In this document: positions 50,118 through 60,275 of the stretch, piece after piece
Position numbering within the stretch: the first letter of the stretch is position 1
Layout: every line of letters starts with the position of its first letter
NCBI GenBank assembly: GCA_041640595.1
Contig: JBEPZY010000001.1
Coordinates: 96,001-160,000 of the forward strand
DNA: 64,000 bases
Direction: 5' to 3'
Source of the DNA: Gemmatales bacterium
Lineage (GTDB): Bacteria > Planctomycetota > Planctomycetia > Gemmatales > HRBIN36
Program-made: the position numbers and the translations under genes
Notes under the pieces: model-generated
Seen by the model: the letters and a program-made list of their open reading frames with translations, nothing else
What the model was told of the DNA's origin: nothing
Databases searched by the model: none

Positions 50118-51701
50118 ATGAGCTCAAGCGTTCGCCAATCCAACATGCCGCCAGAAGACCCATCGGCGAGCAAAACAAATCAGCAGCCAGCAGTTAGCAC
50201 CATCGAAGCACCGGTGTTGCCGCCGGGGTTGGGCTGGCTGATTGTGATAGGCGTGGGGGTGGGCATTTGGGCGTTAGACGCGGTATTCGGCTGGCGACCG
50301 ACTACCGTAACGCCGGCGGGCTGGCGGTTGGTGGCGATTTTCCTCGCCACAATTCTGGCATTTATCCTTCGGCCCATGCCTGGAGGTGCGGTAGTTTTAC
50401 TGGCCCTGGTGGTGGCTATGGTGACTGGCACACTGACGCCTGAAGAGGCTCTCGGCGGTTATGCCGACCCGACGGTCTGGCTGGTGCTTGCCGCGTACAT
50501 GATTTCCCGAGCCGTCATCCAGACGGGGCTGGCTCGCCGTATTGCTCTGCATTTCATTCGCCGACTCGGTCAGCGCACACTCGGACTGGCCTATGCACTG
50601 GTGGCTACCGATACATTGCTGGCTGGCGTTATTCCCTCGAACGCGGCTCGGGTCGGCGGAGTGATTTTGCCCATTGCCCGCGCACTGGCGGAGCACTACG
50701 GTTCTCACCCCGGTCCCAGTGCGGCTCTGTTGGGGAGTTTTCTCATTTTGGCCATCTATCAATCCGACATCGTCGCCTGTGCGATGTTCTATACCGGGCA
50801 GGCGAGCAACCCCCTGGCTGCAGTTGAAGCGGCTCGCGTAACGGCCACAACAGAGCCTGCTACGGTTGCATTGTTAGGTGGCACGCCAGCGGCTGCGATT
50901 CATCGGCCGGTTTTCCTTCACTACGGCAACTGGCTTTTCTATTCCTCCGTACCCGCGCTGCTGGCTATCTTAGTCGTACCTGCCGTGACCTATTGGCTAT
51001 GCCCGCCCAGCATTCGCCAAACGCCTGAGGCTCCTCAATTAGCCCGGCAAATGTTGCGACAGTTAGGCCCGGTGAGTCGCGATGAATGGATAGTTCTTGT
51101 CGTATTTATTAGCACCTGCGTGAGCTGGATGCTGGGTGGCTTTTTGTTTGGACCTAAAAGTATTACTGTGATCGCCTTGCTCAGTGTTAGTGTACTTCTT
51201 GTAAGTGGCGTTCTTAGCTGGCTCGATGTTATTCGGGAGAAAGGCGCCTGGGATGTGTTTTTATGGTACGGTGGCCTGGTCCAGCTCGGCAACTTATTAC
51301 GTCGAACGAACGTGCCGCAAACGGTTGCAGAAACGCTGGCCGAGCATCTAAGTCCCCTGCCTGTGTTCCTGCTCTTTCTGGCGGTGCTGCTTATTTACTT
51401 TTATGCTCATTACGCATTTGCCAGTATTACCTCCCACATTGTTTCCATGTACGGGGCATTTGTCTCTCTTCTTATCGTGGCTGGCGTACCAGCTCCGTTA
51501 GCTGCCTGTGCTCTTGCATTTATTACTAACCTATCCGCAGGTCTAACTCATTACGGGACTACACACGGTCCGATCCTATTCAGCGTGGGATACGTCTCCG
51601 CGGGAACATGGTGGAAACTCGGATTCTGGATTTCCATCGCCAATCTAACTATCTGGCTTAGTGTGGGACTGGTTTGGTGGAAAATCTGCGGTCTATGGTA
51701 G
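50118..51701 (+). CDS. DASS-family (CitT/TtdT-like) anion permease
   Basis: Many TM helices; WLV..A, TGL.RRIA, PSNAAR.GG, FAS.T.H, THYG...P, GY.....WWK.G. Confidence 0.9.
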   Translation: MSSSVRQSNMPPEDPSASKTNQQPAVSTIEAPVLPPGLGWLIVIGVGVGIWALDAVFGWRPTTVTPAGWRLVAIFLATILAFILRPMPGGAVVLLALVVAMVTGTLTPEEALGGYADPTVWLVLAAYMISRAVIQTGLARRIALHFIRRLGQRTLGLAYALVATDTLLAGVIPSNAARVGGVILPIARALAEHYGSHPGPSAALLGSFLILAIYQSDIVACAMFYTGQASNPLAAVEAARVTATTEPATVALLGGTPAAAIHRPVFLHYGNWLFYSSVPALLAILVVPAVTYWLCPPSIRQTPEAPQLARQMLRQLGPVSRDEWIVLVVFISTCVSWMLGGFLFGPKSITVIALLSVSVLLVSGVLSWLDVIREKGAWDVFLWYGGLVQLGNLLRRTNVPQTVAETLAEHLSPLPVFLLFLAVLLIYFYAHYAFASITSHIVSMYGAFVSLLIVAGVPAPLAACALAFITNLSAGLTHYGTTHGPILFSVGYVSAGTWWKLGFWISIANLTIWLSVGLVWWKICGLW

Positions 51702-51862
51702 GCGTACATCTCCGCTTCTTATGCCAGCGTTCCACGTTCAGGTTCGAGGTACGAATCGAGCCACCAAACGGTTAGGTGTTTGTGCGCATGCGAAACTAGT
51801 GGCTATACGTGGGCAGCAATCGAAAAGTAAAGTGATACGGCAAAAGAAACGTGGCTTATACG

Positions 51863-52846
51863 CTAATACCTGAGGCCTATGGCACCGCCTAGTTTCATGT
51901 GATCAAGGTGCCGATCGGTATCATCAAGGATGTCTGACCAGCCAATCCAGTCGTGGCCGTATTCGGTAAATATCTCGACCATAATGTCGTATCCGCAACG
52001 CGGGATTAAGAACCCGGCATGACCGCCAGCATAGATGCCGCCTATGTTATCAGTGCGATATGGTTCGGTCAAAAACTTAGTATTGGCGCTGCCAAAACGC
52101 CCACCAGCAAAGGCGCCGAGAACGATAGTCCAGCGGCCAGGTTCACCACCGCCAAAATACCATTCCCTGCCAATCCCGACCCGTAGCCAGTAAATATTCA
52201 GCTCGCGAATGGAAGCGAAGGGTGTATCTTCGTCCGCCTGGCCGTTGTAATAGTTATACTCGAATCCGAGTTCACCGAACCACGCGGCTGGTTTGGTATC
52301 ATCGTAAAGGAAGTTGCGTATGCCGATCTCGGCACCTATTCCCGGATCGAGATGGGAGTCTAATTTACCGCCGCCCACGAGCCAGACCACGCTCATGCGA
52401 CCATAAACCTCGAAAGGCACAAACAGGTGCGGATAGGCGCACATGGGATGCTTGCACGAACGGTCCAGCCCATTCCAGATGCGCCAGCGCCATTCGGTGG
52501 GACTAAGTATCCCGGCCGACCCTTCTATATCGTCGTCTATCAAATCGGGGCGGGACGTAGTCAATCCGAGTCGGGTCTTGATGCCTTCGAGGGCGCGACA
52601 TCCCTGACATTGACCGGGCAGGCATCCGCGATGAAAGCACCTGTCGCCACCGGTTTCGGACTGTTCGGTGTAATCGAAAGGCAAGACGGTATCCCTATCC
52701 GGTTTGTGTTCCAAGAGTGGAAACGAGCCATCTTTGATGGGGCAGAAGCCGAAATCGGTTTGCGCATAAACTGGCACACCGAGCATCAGGGCAATTAGAC
52801 AGGCAGCGGTGGCTTGGCAGTCTTTGAGCCGGAAATTGTTGTTCAT
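51863..52846 (-). CDS. Secreted hypothetical protein, probable outer-membrane beta-barrel
   Basis: Signal peptide (VYA-Q), Cys-rich N-region, alternating amphipathic strands, ends in ..IGLRY. Confidence 0.6.
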   Translation of the reverse strand: MNNNFRLKDCQATAACLIALMLGVPVYAQTDFGFCPIKDGSFPLLEHKPDRDTVLPFDYTEQSETGGDRCFHRGCLPGQCQGCRALEGIKTRLGLTTSRPDLIDDDIEGSAGILSPTEWRWRIWNGLDRSCKHPMCAYPHLFVPFEVYGRMSVVWLVGGGKLDSHLDPGIGAEIGIRNFLYDDTKPAAWFGELGFEYNYYNGQADEDTPFASIRELNIYWLRVGIGREWYFGGGEPGRWTIVLGAFAGGRFGSANTKFLTEPYRTDNIGGIYAGGHAGFLIPRCGYDIMVEIFTEYGHDWIGWSDILDDTDRHLDHMKLGGAIGLRY

Positions 52847-53167
52847 CGGAAAAATCCTGCGTATTTTGCCCTGGCTGAAACAGCGTCAGGTGGTGAATGC
52901 TGCGGATTCTGTAGTACGCTTTGCCATCCGTTGGTCATGGTATCAGCCGATCGGCGGGCTCGTTTTATAATTCGGCTAACGGATGTGCCGATCTGCAACG
53001 TTTTGCCGATATTGGCGGATGGATAGGATGGGTAAACTTTTATCGCGGCCGGGTTGCGACACAATCGCTGGCAGAAGCGACATCACAGAAGCTGCCGGAA
53101 AAAATTACATTGGCAATTCCCGCCGGCATCTCATTGTCGCGGCTGCTCATGACGGGGCAAATCAGCT

Positions 53168-54355
53168 TCACAAGGCGCCCATGCCGAAGAAGACGTTGCG
53201 TTTGAGCAGGCGGTAGAACCAGTAGTCTTCCGGGATTTCCTCTCCAGGCAGGTGTTGACTATGGCGGGGAGCCAGGGATTGCAGTTCGGCCAGCAGATCC
53301 CGACCGCTGTAATCCCGAACGTTCTGCTGGCGGAAAAAGGCCACGAGTTCCTGCGGATATTCCAGGATAACGCAGCCTTTGGTGCGTTCTTTGACAAACT
53401 GTTGAAATCCGCGCAGGAATCGGCTTTCGTTGATAACGGGAAACAGGTCGCCGTTGCCGTCTCGCACCGTTTCGCAGGCAACGGAGAGCGGTGGGCACGG
53501 TTCGATACTTCCCTGCGGCCCGATGTGAAAACCGAGCCCCATAGCAGCCGGGCAGAACGCCTCGCCGTCGGCTGTCCAGTAACTATCCACGATCAGAATC
53601 GGATGTTTGCGCCGCAGAACAAGCAAGCGTTTACGGGCCTCTAACAATTGCTCGCGTGTCAGGGCGTATTCCGGATGCGGATCGGCTCCGACCGGACGAT
53701 AGACATAGTACCAGATATACATCGCCCCTAGACGAATAAAGGTTTCGAGATAAGCATCGGCGAGGCACTCGTCGAGGTTGTCGCGCGTCAAGGTCGTGGC
53801 GATGCCATAGAGCAGACGGTGGCGTTGAAGTCGGGCCAGACCTTCCATGACGCTGGCAAACACACCTGCACCGCGCCGGCGATCGTTGTTGGCAGCGAAG
53901 CCGTCTATGCTTACCAATGGCGTAACGTTGCCCAGCTGTTTCAGTTCGCGCACCGTTTCTTCGCTGAAAAACATGCCATTGGTGATGACCTGGAAGTAGC
54001 AATCGGGGTGCCGTCGAAAAATGTCCAGGAGTCCCTTGTACAAGAAAGGTTCGCCTCCCAGAAGAGTGTAGTAGTAAGCGCTGGCCCGTTTACCTGATTC
54101 GATGATGCGGTCGAGGTCTTTGGGTTGCAGGAAGTGAGCTTTGCCCTCTTTTTCCACCCAGCAACCGTGGCAGCGCAGATTGCAGATGTTCGTCAGGGCG
54201 ATGAACATGAAAGGAGGATAAAGCTCCTTACGGCGAAGTCGGCGCTTATAAGCCTGGACGGCCAGGAAACCTTTGGCGACCCAGAGCCAGGCCGCTTTCA
54301 AAGCAATTCGCGTGTCCAGTTCGGTCATCACGCGCCAGAAAAAGCGTATGAGCAT
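53168..54355 (-). CDS. Radical SAM protein with SPASM/Twitch-like C-terminus
   Basis: CNLRCHGC (CxxxCxxC), GGEP, TNG, SIDG, CPAA....HI...G.IEPCP, later GC. Confidence 0.9.
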   Translation of the reverse strand: MLIRFFWRVMTELDTRIALKAAWLWVAKGFLAVQAYKRRLRRKELYPPFMFIALTNICNLRCHGCWVEKEGKAHFLQPKDLDRIIESGKRASAYYYTLLGGEPFLYKGLLDIFRRHPDCYFQVITNGMFFSEETVRELKQLGNVTPLVSIDGFAANNDRRRGAGVFASVMEGLARLQRHRLLYGIATTLTRDNLDECLADAYLETFIRLGAMYIWYYVYRPVGADPHPEYALTREQLLEARKRLLVLRRKHPILIVDSYWTADGEAFCPAAMGLGFHIGPQGSIEPCPPLSVACETVRDGNGDLFPVINESRFLRGFQQFVKERTKGCVILEYPQELVAFFRQQNVRDYSGRDLLAELQSLAPRHSQHLPGEEIPEDYWFYRLLKRNVFFGMGAL

Positions 54356-54623
54356 AACAGGAGGCCCTTTTTAGCAGGCGACTGGCCTATTTTTATGACA
54401 ATGGGATTGTCCAAGCAATTTCCTTGTCCAACTTTATGGGGTACCCTGGTTGGCGTTGCCAGCTGGCGAGACGCTTTTGCTGATACAGAACTGCCTATCC
54501 AGAGTGTCTGCTATACCAGGCAAAGAACGTTCGACAGGGCGGTACGTATAAAATCAAGAGTTACCTCAGAAGAGGCAACGCTCAATTAGCAGGGCGGAGG
54601 GAAGGTTACTCACACGGTTTCGC

Positions 54624-55082
54624 CTACGGTGCGGCGGTGAGCTTAACGGTGCGCGGGGGCAGGCAAATCTGGTCGTTGCAGGCCTGATAACGCACGGTGA
54701 CCGTCAACGGACTGGAATCGGGCTGGTCGTTGATCACGGCTCGTTGCAGCCGGACGGTAATTTCGACGGTGTCCTCGTAAATGCGGAAGTTCTCGCCTGC
54801 TTGCATTTTGAGTTTGCCAGGCGGATACTGAATCTGCACATCCCGCAAGGCCGATGCTGCTTCGACCTGTACGGCGGTCGGGACTGGTCCGGCAGCACCG
54901 GCGGGGTTGGCGTAGATGTGCCAGCCTTTTTCAATAGCGATTTTCACAGTCAGCAGTTGCCGACCTTCGGAATCGGGTTTGGTGAGGTTGGTTGAGACCT
55001 GCACGGGTTGAGGTGGCTTTTGTGCCAGGCATAATGCAAGCGGCAGCGCGGTTAGCAAGACGCTGCTGAGGACACGGAGCAT
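54624..55082 (-). CDS. Secreted DsbD N-terminal (alpha)-like domain protein
   Basis: Signal peptide, GWHIYANP, YP.G, YE, YQACNDQICLPP. Confidence 0.8.
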   Translation of the reverse strand: MLRVLSSVLLTALPLALCLAQKPPQPVQVSTNLTKPDSEGRQLLTVKIAIEKGWHIYANPAGAAGPVPTAVQVEAASALRDVQIQYPPGKLKMQAGENFRIYEDTVEITVRLQRAVINDQPDSSPLTVTVRYQACNDQICLPPRTVKLTAAP

Positions 55083-55125
55083 TACGTTTCTCCTATCAGG
55101 AGCAAAAGCACTGGATAAGCAAGGC

Positions 55126-56442
55126 TCAAACAGTGGGCAGCTGATAAGGATCGCGGCGTGGCCGATCGAGCCACGAATTCGCTTCGCTATCGCCTTCGAA
55201 TTGCCAGGTCTTGGGATTCCAGCGAAGTTTGCGGTGGTTCCAGTAGGCAAGGTTACCGAGATGGCACACAGTCACGGAGCGAGCGCCAATCTCCACGTCA
55301 CAAATCGGACGCTGCCGGGTCTTGATGCATTCAATCCAGTTGCGCTGATGATTGGTCGAGCGTGGCAGGGTGATAATTTTTTCGACGTCGGGTTGTTTGA
55401 CCAGTTCCGGTGGATCGCTGGCAAGGTAACCGCGATTGACAAAGATTTTGCCGTCGCTACCGAGAAAAGCCACGCCATTGACCGGCTTACCAGGAGCGTA
55501 TTCGTTGCTGTGCACGACGACGACGCCGTTGGCGTAAACAAAGCGCACGCCCTTTTCGGTTTTCGGCCAGGGAACGGGTGGAGGTAAAATTTCCACCGGG
55601 CCGGAATCGTCGGCTCCGATGCCCCACTGGGCGATGTCGAAATGGTGAGCACCCCAGTCGGTCATCATTCCGCCGGAGTATTCTTTGTAATTGCGCCAGG
55701 CGGGGAAGTGTTTGTGCACGCCACGCGGACTGAGCACCGAGTTGTACGGTCTTTTCGGGGCTGGACCCAACCAGCGATCCCAATCGAGACCGGGTTCCAG
55801 CGGTTCCTCGGGGAGATCACAGGGTCGGCTCGGACCGCCCACGTTGACATGCACTTCTTTGAGCTGGCCGATCCGTCCGGCTCGCACCAGCCCGCAGGCG
55901 ACCCAGAATTCTCGGCTGGATCGTTGCTGGCTGCCGGTCTGGAACACGCGGTTGTATTTGCGCACGGCTTCGATCATCAACCGCGCCTCGTGAATGGTGA
56001 GCGAGAGCGGTTTTTCGCAGTAGATGTCCTTACCCGCCTTGCATGCCTCTAAAACTGGAATGGCGTGCCAGTGATCGGGCGTGGCAATAACGACGGCGTC
56101 AATGTCTTTTCGAGCCAGCAAATCGCGGAAATCGTTGTAGGCAGCACAGCCCTTATATTCGCCGGATTTGACCTGAGCGGCGTAGCGTTCGTCCACCATC
56201 TTGCGTGCGAATTCACGGCGATTGGTGTCCACATCGCAAACGGCGAGCACCTGCACGTCCTTCATGCCAAGGAATCCGCCCATCAGACCGCGTCCCTGCG
56301 TGCCGACACCGATGACGCCGATGGTAATGCGATCGCTCGGAGCGGCGCGCTGCTGGTTGCCCAGCGCAGTGGCCGGGATGAATAGCGGTGCGGCACCCAA
56401 AGCCAGCATCTTGTGAAATTGTCGGCGCGTGATCTGCTGCAT
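55126..56442 (-). CDS. Tat-exported Gfo/Idh/MocA-family oxidoreductase
   Basis: TRRQF Tat motif, IGVG..G, AVCDVD, IATPDHWH, CEKP, QTGSQQRS, W.GPAP, DWGAH..D. Confidence 0.92.
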   Translation of the reverse strand: MQQITRRQFHKMLALGAAPLFIPATALGNQQRAAPSDRITIGVIGVGTQGRGLMGGFLGMKDVQVLAVCDVDTNRREFARKMVDERYAAQVKSGEYKGCAAYNDFRDLLARKDIDAVVIATPDHWHAIPVLEACKAGKDIYCEKPLSLTIHEARLMIEAVRKYNRVFQTGSQQRSSREFWVACGLVRAGRIGQLKEVHVNVGGPSRPCDLPEEPLEPGLDWDRWLGPAPKRPYNSVLSPRGVHKHFPAWRNYKEYSGGMMTDWGAHHFDIAQWGIGADDSGPVEILPPPVPWPKTEKGVRFVYANGVVVVHSNEYAPGKPVNGVAFLGSDGKIFVNRGYLASDPPELVKQPDVEKIITLPRSTNHQRNWIECIKTRQRPICDVEIGARSVTVCHLGNLAYWNHRKLRWNPKTWQFEGDSEANSWLDRPRRDPYQLPTV

Positions 56443-56959
56443 GGTGGGGTCTCCTGAATCGGGGTTGAAAGTTTCCGCGTTATGTTCGGTTGACCACCTT
56501 TCGGCGAGGCATGGCCGGGACAGTTTAGTTCCTTTCACTTGTTTTTGTATCCGGTTTCATCTGATCTGCCAGCCGCAGGCATAGCGAGTAAGCAACATGG
56601 CCGTGTGTCTTAACCCGCTGCATATCCATCTGGTTGGGATGAAGCTCAGGCTGCGTGGATTGGAGTAGGTCTATGCAACCGTCGTCATGGTGCGCTGGTA
56701 ATGCCTCGAGGTCGGGCCTGCGTTGTGTTGCACACCGGATGGAATGCGGCAGTAGCGTCAGACCGCCTGACGTTTCGACCCGATTGGACAATAAAAGCCA
56801 GGACAGGCGCATCATGTAGTTGAGAACCATCCACAGCACCTGAGCCGATTGTGCATGGACGCGGTGCAAGCGAAACGATAAAATTTTCGATAGACGGCTC
56901 AAAGTGCTTCCCTCCTTCAAGCCTGCCTGAGACGCAGTTGCTGAACACGGAGCTTCGAC

Positions 56960-59900
56960 ATGCTGCGACGGAAATGGTGTTACGGGATCGCGGGTGTGGG
57001 ACTGGCAGTGATTGGCTATGCGCTGGCAGTGGCGGAGCCGACAGCGAACACCACGCCATCTCAAACGGCCCAGCCTAGTCGAAGTTCCGGGCCGATAGAC
57101 TTTAACCGCGATATTCGCCCGATTCTCTCGGACCATTGCTTCGCCTGTCACGGACCGGACGAAAAGTCGCGCAAATCAGGCCTTCGGCTCGACCGCAAGG
57201 ACGATGCATTTAAACCTTTGCGAGACGGAGGTTACGCTATCGTTCCTGGCAAACCCGACGAAAGTGAGTTGTTCCGCCGCATTACCGCTGAAAACAGCCA
57301 GGAGCGGATGCCGCCGAAGAACTTTCCGAAGCGGCTCAAACCGGAGCAGATTGAGCTAATTCGCCAGTGGATTCTGCAAGGAGCACCGTGGGCCGAGCAC
57401 TGGGCGTTTGTACCTCCGCAGAAGCCAAACTTGCCGGCGGTGCAGGACAAATCCTGGCCACGCAATGCCATTGACTACTTCATTCTGGCACGCCTGGAAC
57501 GCGAGGGTCTGAAACCGGCACCGGAAGCCGACAAGATAACGCTCGCACGTCGCGTCAGCCTCGATCTGACTGGTTTGCCGCCGACACCTGCGGAAGTGGA
57601 CGCATTTCTCGCGGATACCTCGCCGGATGCTTATGAGAAACTGGTGCAGCGGTTGCTTGATTCACCCCGGTATGGCGAGCACATGGCTCGCTACTGGCTC
57701 GATGCGGTGAGGTATGGCGACACCCATGGGATGCATCTGGACAATTACCGCGAAATCTGGCCCTACCGCGACTGGGTCGTTCGCGCTTTCAACGCCAATT
57801 TGCCTTACGATCAGTTCATCACCTGGCAGCTGGCCGGTGACCTATTACCCAATCCGACGGAGGATCAACTTATTGCCACGGGTTACATCCGCTGCCACAT
57901 CACGACCAACGAGGGCGGTTCCATTGAGGAAGAGGTTTACGTGCGTAACGTGGTGGACCGTGTGGAGAATTTCGCCACGGTGATGCTGGGGATGACTTTC
58001 CAGTGTGCCCAGTGCCACGACCACAAATACGATCCGGTAACCATGCGGGACTTTTACTCGCTGTTTGCCTTCTTCAACAGCATGGATGGTCCTGACATGG
58101 ACGGCAATCGCAAAGACCCGCCGCCAGTGCTCAAAGTTGCCAGCGACGAACAGAAGAAGCAACTTGCTGATCTCCGGCAACAAATAGCTGGTCTGCAAAA
58201 ATCGCAAAAACAGCGTGCCCAGGCTGCCGAGCAGGAATTCTCACAGTGGTTGGCCAAAGTTGAGGAGCAACGCCGACAGTCGGGCTCGGCTTTGCAACAG
58301 CTGAGTACCCAGGGCCTGCTTGGATATTATCCGCTGAACGAAAAAGCTGGCTCGGAAGTTCGTAACCTCGCCAAACCGGGACCCAATTTTCAGGCTCGCG
58401 TGCAAGGGAACCCGCAGTGGGTTCCGGGTAAAGTGGGCGGGGCACTACGCCTGGACGGCAATACTCACGTCGAACTTGGCGGTCGGAATTACGATTTTGA
58501 ACGCGATAGGCCTTTCAGCTACGGAGCATGGGTCAAGCTGGCCAATGGCAACGGCACCGTATTGTCGAAAATGAACGACAGCCAGGCCTTTCGTGGCTGG
58601 GATTTGTTTGTCCTGAATGATACCGTCATGGTTCACCTCATCCACAACTGGCCCGACAACGCTATCAAGATTACCGCGGAAGAAAAGCTCCAGCGCAATG
58701 AGTGGGTGCATCTGTTTGTTACTTACGATGGGTCGTCGAAAGCAGCTGGATTGAAGCTCTACATCAATGGGAAACCGGCTAAGGTGCGCGTGGAGGTGGA
58801 CAATCTGCGCGATTCGATCCGCAACCCGGCCGGGCCCAAGATTGGCCGCCGAACTCCAAGTCATCCGCTGGTAGGTGAGGTGGACGAAGTGCGGATTTAC
58901 GAACGTCGTCTGTCTGACGAGGAGGTGGCAGCCCTGTACCAGGGCGATCCGCTCTTTCCGATTGCTGGCATTCTGGCTATCCCGGCCGAGAAGCGCACTC
59001 CTCAGCAAAAAGAGCAGCTCAAGCAGTTCTACCTGGAACGGTTTGACTCGGAGTACAGAAAGCTGGCTGAACAGGTCGAACAGTTGCGGGCACAGGAAAA
59101 ACGATTGGACGAGGCATTGCCGGTGACCCTGATCTACCGCGAACGGCCCCAGCCGCGTCCGGCATATATTCTCATTCGCGGTGAGTATGATCGAAAAGGT
59201 GAACAGGTGGGTCGCAACGTACCGGCGTTTCTGCCTGGCTTGCGACCAGAGTATCCGCTCAACCGCCTGGGATTGGCCCAGTGGCTTTTGGACCGCAGTC
59301 ACCCTCTTACGGCCCGAGTGGCGGTCAATCGGTTCTGGCAGCAGGTGTTCGGCACGGGCTTGGTAAAAACTGCCGAAGACTTCGGCCGCCAGGGCGAGCC
59401 TCCGAGCCATCCCGAATTGCTGGATTGGTTGGCTGTGCATTTCCAGGAGAGTGGCTGGAATGTCAAGGAGTTGATGCGCTTGGTGGTGACTTCGGCAACG
59501 TATCGGCAATCCGCAGTGACCACCCCGGAAAAGCTCGCGAAAGACCCGCAGAATCGGTTGCTGTCCCGGGGTCCGCGGTTCCGCATGGACGGCGAGATGC
59601 TCCGCGACCAGGCGCTGTTTGTGAGTGGATTGCTGGTCGAACGCATAGGTGGGCCGCCGGTCAAATTACCTCAGCCGCCGGGCATCTGGGAGGCTGTTGG
59701 ATTTGTGGGCAGCAACACACGTGAATTCCGGCCCGACACCGGGCGAGAGAAAGTCCATCGCCGCAGTCTGTATGCGTTTTGGAAGCGGACGGCCCCACCG
59801 CCGCAGATGACGGCTTTCGATGCCCCGTCACGGGAACAGTGCGTAGTGCGGCGGGAACGGACGAATACACCTTTGCAAGCTCTGGTGCTGATGAACGAAG

Positions 59901-60211
59901 TACAATACCTGGAATGTGCTCGTGCGCTGGCAGAGCGGGGTATGAAAGAGGGCGGAAAATCTGCCGCCGAGCGGATTCGCTGGATGTTTCGACTGGCCAC
60001 CTGCCGCTGGCCCGATGCTCAGGAGCTGGCGACTTTGCAACAAAGTTACGAGACCTTGAAACAGCGGTATCTCAATAACCCCAGCGCTGCCAATCAGTTG
60101 ATTCAAATTGGCGAATCGAAACCCGATCCGCAACTGGACGCGGTCGAATTGGCCGCTCTTACCCTGGTCGGGAATGCGATTCTGAACCTGGACGAAGTGC
60201 TCAACAAGTGA
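56960..60211 (+). CDS. Planctomycete cytochrome c / DUF1549 / LamG / DUF1553 protein
   Basis: [51 protein letters not shown], LamG insert (W.HL.VTYDG, DEVRIY), [32 protein letters not shown]. Confidence 0.93.
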   Translation: MLRRKWCYGIAGVGLAVIGYALAVAEPTANTTPSQTAQPSRSSGPIDFNRDIRPILSDHCFACHGPDEKSRKSGLRLDRKDDAFKPLRDGGYAIVPGKPDESELFRRITAENSQERMPPKNFPKRLKPEQIELIRQWILQGAPWAEHWAFVPPQKPNLPAVQDKSWPRNAIDYFILARLEREGLKPAPEADKITLARRVSLDLTGLPPTPAEVDAFLADTSPDAYEKLVQRLLDSPRYGEHMARYWLDAVRYGDTHGMHLDNYREIWPYRDWVVRAFNANLPYDQFITWQLAGDLLPNPTEDQLIATGYIRCHITTNEGGSIEEEVYVRNVVDRVENFATVMLGMTFQCAQCHDHKYDPVTMRDFYSLFAFFNSMDGPDMDGNRKDPPPVLKVASDEQKKQLADLRQQIAGLQKSQKQRAQAAEQEFSQWLAKVEEQRRQSGSALQQLSTQGLLGYYPLNEKAGSEVRNLAKPGPNFQARVQGNPQWVPGKVGGALRLDGNTHVELGGRNYDFERDRPFSYGAWVKLANGNGTVLSKMNDSQAFRGWDLFVLNDTVMVHLIHNWPDNAIKITAEEKLQRNEWVHLFVTYDGSSKAAGLKLYINGKPAKVRVEVDNLRDSIRNPAGPKIGRRTPSHPLVGEVDEVRIYERRLSDEEVAALYQGDPLFPIAGILAIPAEKRTPQQKEQLKQFYLERFDSEYRKLAEQVEQLRAQEKRLDEALPVTLIYRERPQPRPAYILIRGEYDRKGEQVGRNVPAFLPGLRPEYPLNRLGLAQWLLDRSHPLTARVAVNRFWQQVFGTGLVKTAEDFGRQGEPPSHPELLDWLAVHFQESGWNVKELMRLVVTSATYRQSAVTTPEKLAKDPQNRLLSRGPRFRMDGEMLRDQALFVSGLLVERIGGPPVKLPQPPGIWEAVGFVGSNTREFRPDTGREKVHRRSLYAFWKRTAPPPQMTAFDAPSREQCVVRRERTNTPLQALVLMNEVQYLECARALAERGMKEGGKSAAERIRWMFRLATCRWPDAQELATLQQSYETLKQRYLNNPSAANQLIQIGESKPDPQLDAVELAALTLVGNAILNLDEVLNK

Positions 60212-60275
60212 TTGCCTTTGCCTGGCAGGGTTTGGCACTGCTAATGGCTCGGAAAAAACAGGGGAGGCCACGCAG

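Noticed and set aside
53168..54355. Radical SAM as hopanoid HpnH
   Set aside because: It lacks the recalled HpnH signature (LEPLFRCNLAC.GCGK), and no shc or other hpn genes are adjacent.
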